Shown here: piece by piece, positions 43,952 through 45,932 of the stretch | Layout of the letters: each line of letters begins with the position of its first letter | Position numbering within the stretch: the first letter of the stretch is position 1 | Source: a virus | Lineage: Duplodnaviria > Caudoviricetes | Length of the DNA: 45,932 bases | Reading direction: 5' to 3' (one strand) | IMG/VR virus record: IMGVR_UViG_3300020042_001689 | Coordinates: 1-45,932 of that record | Translations under genes and position numbers: made by a program | The notes under the pieces: model-generated | What the model saw: the letters and a program-made list of their open reading frames with translations, nothing else | Databases searched by the model: none | What the model was told of the DNA's origin: nothing

Positions 43952-45525
43952 ACGCACCACTCAGCCCGGTTGCAATGCTTGACATGATCAAGCATGAGCG
44001 AGACCGTCGCCGTGCTGAGGGTTGCTTGTATGACTTTGTCAAGCAATCGTGGCATGTGGTAGAACCGGGCATACCATTTGTGCAGTCATGGCACATCCAA
44101 GAGATCTGCGAACACCTTGAGGCCATCTCATGCGGCGACATTCGACGGCTGCTCATCAACATCCCGCCTCGGCACTCGAAGAGCACCATTGTGTCGGTCA
44201 TGTGGCCGATGTGGGAATGGTTGACAACGCCTGAGCAGAAGTTCTTGTGCGCAAGTTATGCTGGCAATTTGAGCATTCGTGACAACTTGAAGGCGCGGCG
44301 TTTGGTGCAGTCGCCTTGGTATCAAGAACGTTGGGGCAGCTTGTTCGAACTGTCCGGCGACCAGAATGCCAAGCAACGGTTTGAGAACAGCAAGACCGGC
44401 TACCGCATCGCTACATCGCCTGGTGGTACGGCTACAGGCGAAGGCGGCTCTCGATTGGTGCTTGACGATCCGCACGGCGCACAAGAAGCCCAGTCAGACG
44501 CCATGCGTGAGAGTACATTGGACTGGTTTGACATGGTCTGGTCAACACGCTTAAACAACCCCAAGACCGATGCAATGGTAGTTGTGATGCAGCGATTGCA
44601 TGAGCGTGACATCAGCGGACACATACTCGATGACATCAAGGGCTGGGAACACATCTGCATCCCTGCTGAGTGGGATGGCAAAGCACGCAAGACGGTACTC
44701 GGTCCTTATGACCCACGCACAAAGAAAGGTGAACTCATCTGTCCTGAGCGCTTCGGGCCGGTAGAGATCACGGCCTTAAAGCAGCTACTCGGTTCATACG
44801 GCACGAGCGGCCAACTGCAGCAAGACCCTGTGCCAAGTACCGGCGGTTTGCTCAAGACATCTTTCTTTGAGCAGTGGCCACACAATGAGCGGTTGCCGCA
44901 GTACGAGTACATACTGCAGAGCTATGACTGTGCATTCACCGAGAAGACTACAGGCGACCCTACAGCATGCACAGTTTGGGGAATGTTTACGCACAAAGGC
45001 GAGCGGAACTGCATGCTGCTTGATGCTTGGGACGAACACCTCAGCTATCCTGACTTAAGAACCAAAGCCGTTAAGGATTGGACGACCGAGTATGGTGGCG
45101 ACAACAATAATGGGGCAGGCATGCCTACTCGGGCTCGGCGGCCTGATCGCATCTTGGTAGAAGCCAAGGCCAGTGGGCAGTCGCTGCTTCAAGACTTACG
45201 TTTGGCTAGAGTGCCTGCAGTAGGGTATAATCCGGGAAACGCCGACAAAGTAAGCCGTGCGCATCAAGCAGCACCCACCTTGGAGCTTGGACTATTGTGG
45301 ATACCCGAGTCAAAGCGCAACCCTGGACAGCCTGTCAGCTGGGCAGCGGCGTTCATCAAACAGCTTACCAAGTTCCCATTGGCCGAGCATGACGACTACG
45401 TGGATACGTTTACGCAAGCCATCATCTACCTCAAGGATGATGGTTGGTTTGAGCTGCCGCAAGCCAAGGACGTTGACGAACCCCGTCCTAAGAGCAAAGA
45501 CAAGGTGAACCCATATGCCGCTTGA
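43948..45525 (+). CDS. terL: Terminase large subunit
   Basis: 'LLINIPPRHSKS', 'LVLDDPH', 'VMQRLHE.D', 'QSYD.AF', 'VE.KASG', 'HDDYVD'. Confidence 0.93.
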   Translation: MNAPLSPVAMLDMIKHERDRRRAEGCLYDFVKQSWHVVEPGIPFVQSWHIQEICEHLEAISCGDIRRLLINIPPRHSKSTIVSVMWPMWEWLTTPEQKFLCASYAGNLSIRDNLKARRLVQSPWYQERWGSLFELSGDQNAKQRFENSKTGYRIATSPGGTATGEGGSRLVLDDPHGAQEAQSDAMRESTLDWFDMVWSTRLNNPKTDAMVVVMQRLHERDISGHILDDIKGWEHICIPAEWDGKARKTVLGPYDPRTKKGELICPERFGPVEITALKQLLGSYGTSGQLQQDPVPSTGGLLKTSFFEQWPHNERLPQYEYILQSYDCAFTEKTTGDPTACTVWGMFTHKGERNCMLLDAWDEHLSYPDLRTKAVKDWTTEYGGDNNNGAGMPTRARRPDRILVEAKASGQSLLQDLRLARVPAVGYNPGNADKVSRAHQAAPTLELGLLWIPESKRNPGQPVSWAAAFIKQLTKFPLAEHDDYVDTFTQAIIYLKDDGWFELPQAKDVDEPRPKSKDKVNPYAA

Positions 45526-45932
45526 CCCTCTTGACGAGTTCTTGCCTCCACGCTATCGGTCTGCTGGTCGTAGGCCTGAGGCCAACAACGACAGAACCGC
45601 TTCTGCTAATGCGCCATTGTCAGCGTTGAGGGGTTGGGCTGCAGGCACAGCAGGTTTAGCAGGAGACATAGAAGGCTTAGCCCGTGCAGGCATCTCTCAA
45701 CTTCCTCCACAACTGCTGACAGCCTTTCCTGCACTTCGTGCATTTGGTATAGGCAGTCGCGCAGATCCCACGCCGCAAATGCCAACAACCGAGTTCTACA
45801 ACGAATACCTACCCGGTGCTCAGTTGAATCAAACTCCAACAGGCAAAGCATTTACCACCGCAGGCAACTTGTTTGGCGGCACAGGAACTACGACACTTGC
45901 TAAGTATGGTATTAAAAGTACTGCCGAATTAG
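45515..45932 (+). CDS. Hypothetical protein, truncated by window end (not in ORF track)
   Basis: ATG 45515 MPLDPLDEFLPPRYRSAGRRPE... stays open to the last base; AAGGTG upstream. Confidence 0.7.
   Translation, partial: MPLDPLDEFLPPRYRSAGRRPEANNDRTASANAPLSALRGWAAGTAGLAGDIEGLARAGISQLPPQLLTAFPALRAFGIGSRADPTPQMPTTEFYNEYLPGAQLNQTPTGKAFTTAGNLFGGTGTTTLAKYGIKSTAEL

Noticed and set aside
1-45932. Prophage, diversity-generating retroelement or invertible tail switch explaining the two tail modules
   Set aside because: No integrase, invertase, reverse transcriptase, host genes or flanking inverted repeats were seen in the window

Overview
This window is most of a dsDNA tailed-phage (podovirus-like) genome; portal and capsid genes are not in it, and I saw no integrase, tRNA or CRISPR array. 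The + strand 1-25.3 kb carries two consecutive adaptor/tail/ejection modules separated by a lysis cassette (8771-11381): a P22-like one (78-8774) and a different one (11890-25249), ending at a UUCG terminator. The - strand 25.3-40 kb holds small early genes, a family-B DNA polymerase coupled to a nucleotide/DNA-modification operon (MazG-like::dATP/dGTP diphosphohydrolase fusion, T4 gp42-like dCMP hydroxymethylase, SGNH-like protein, fold-II PLP enzyme, aGPT-Pplase1-like protein, dCMP deaminase), SSB, DUF932, a Cas4-like nuclease, an SNF2 helicase and a Cro-like regulator, with four copies of a promoter/5'-hairpin element. The + strand 40-45.9 kb holds a c4-like structured leader RNA, primase-helicase, a likely origin, VRR-NUC and terminase. 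The best novelty candidates are a kinase-less, hydroxymethylcytosine-based hypermodification operon and the double tail module, which may be an assembly chimera. All family calls come from motif recognition by eye; no database search was run.
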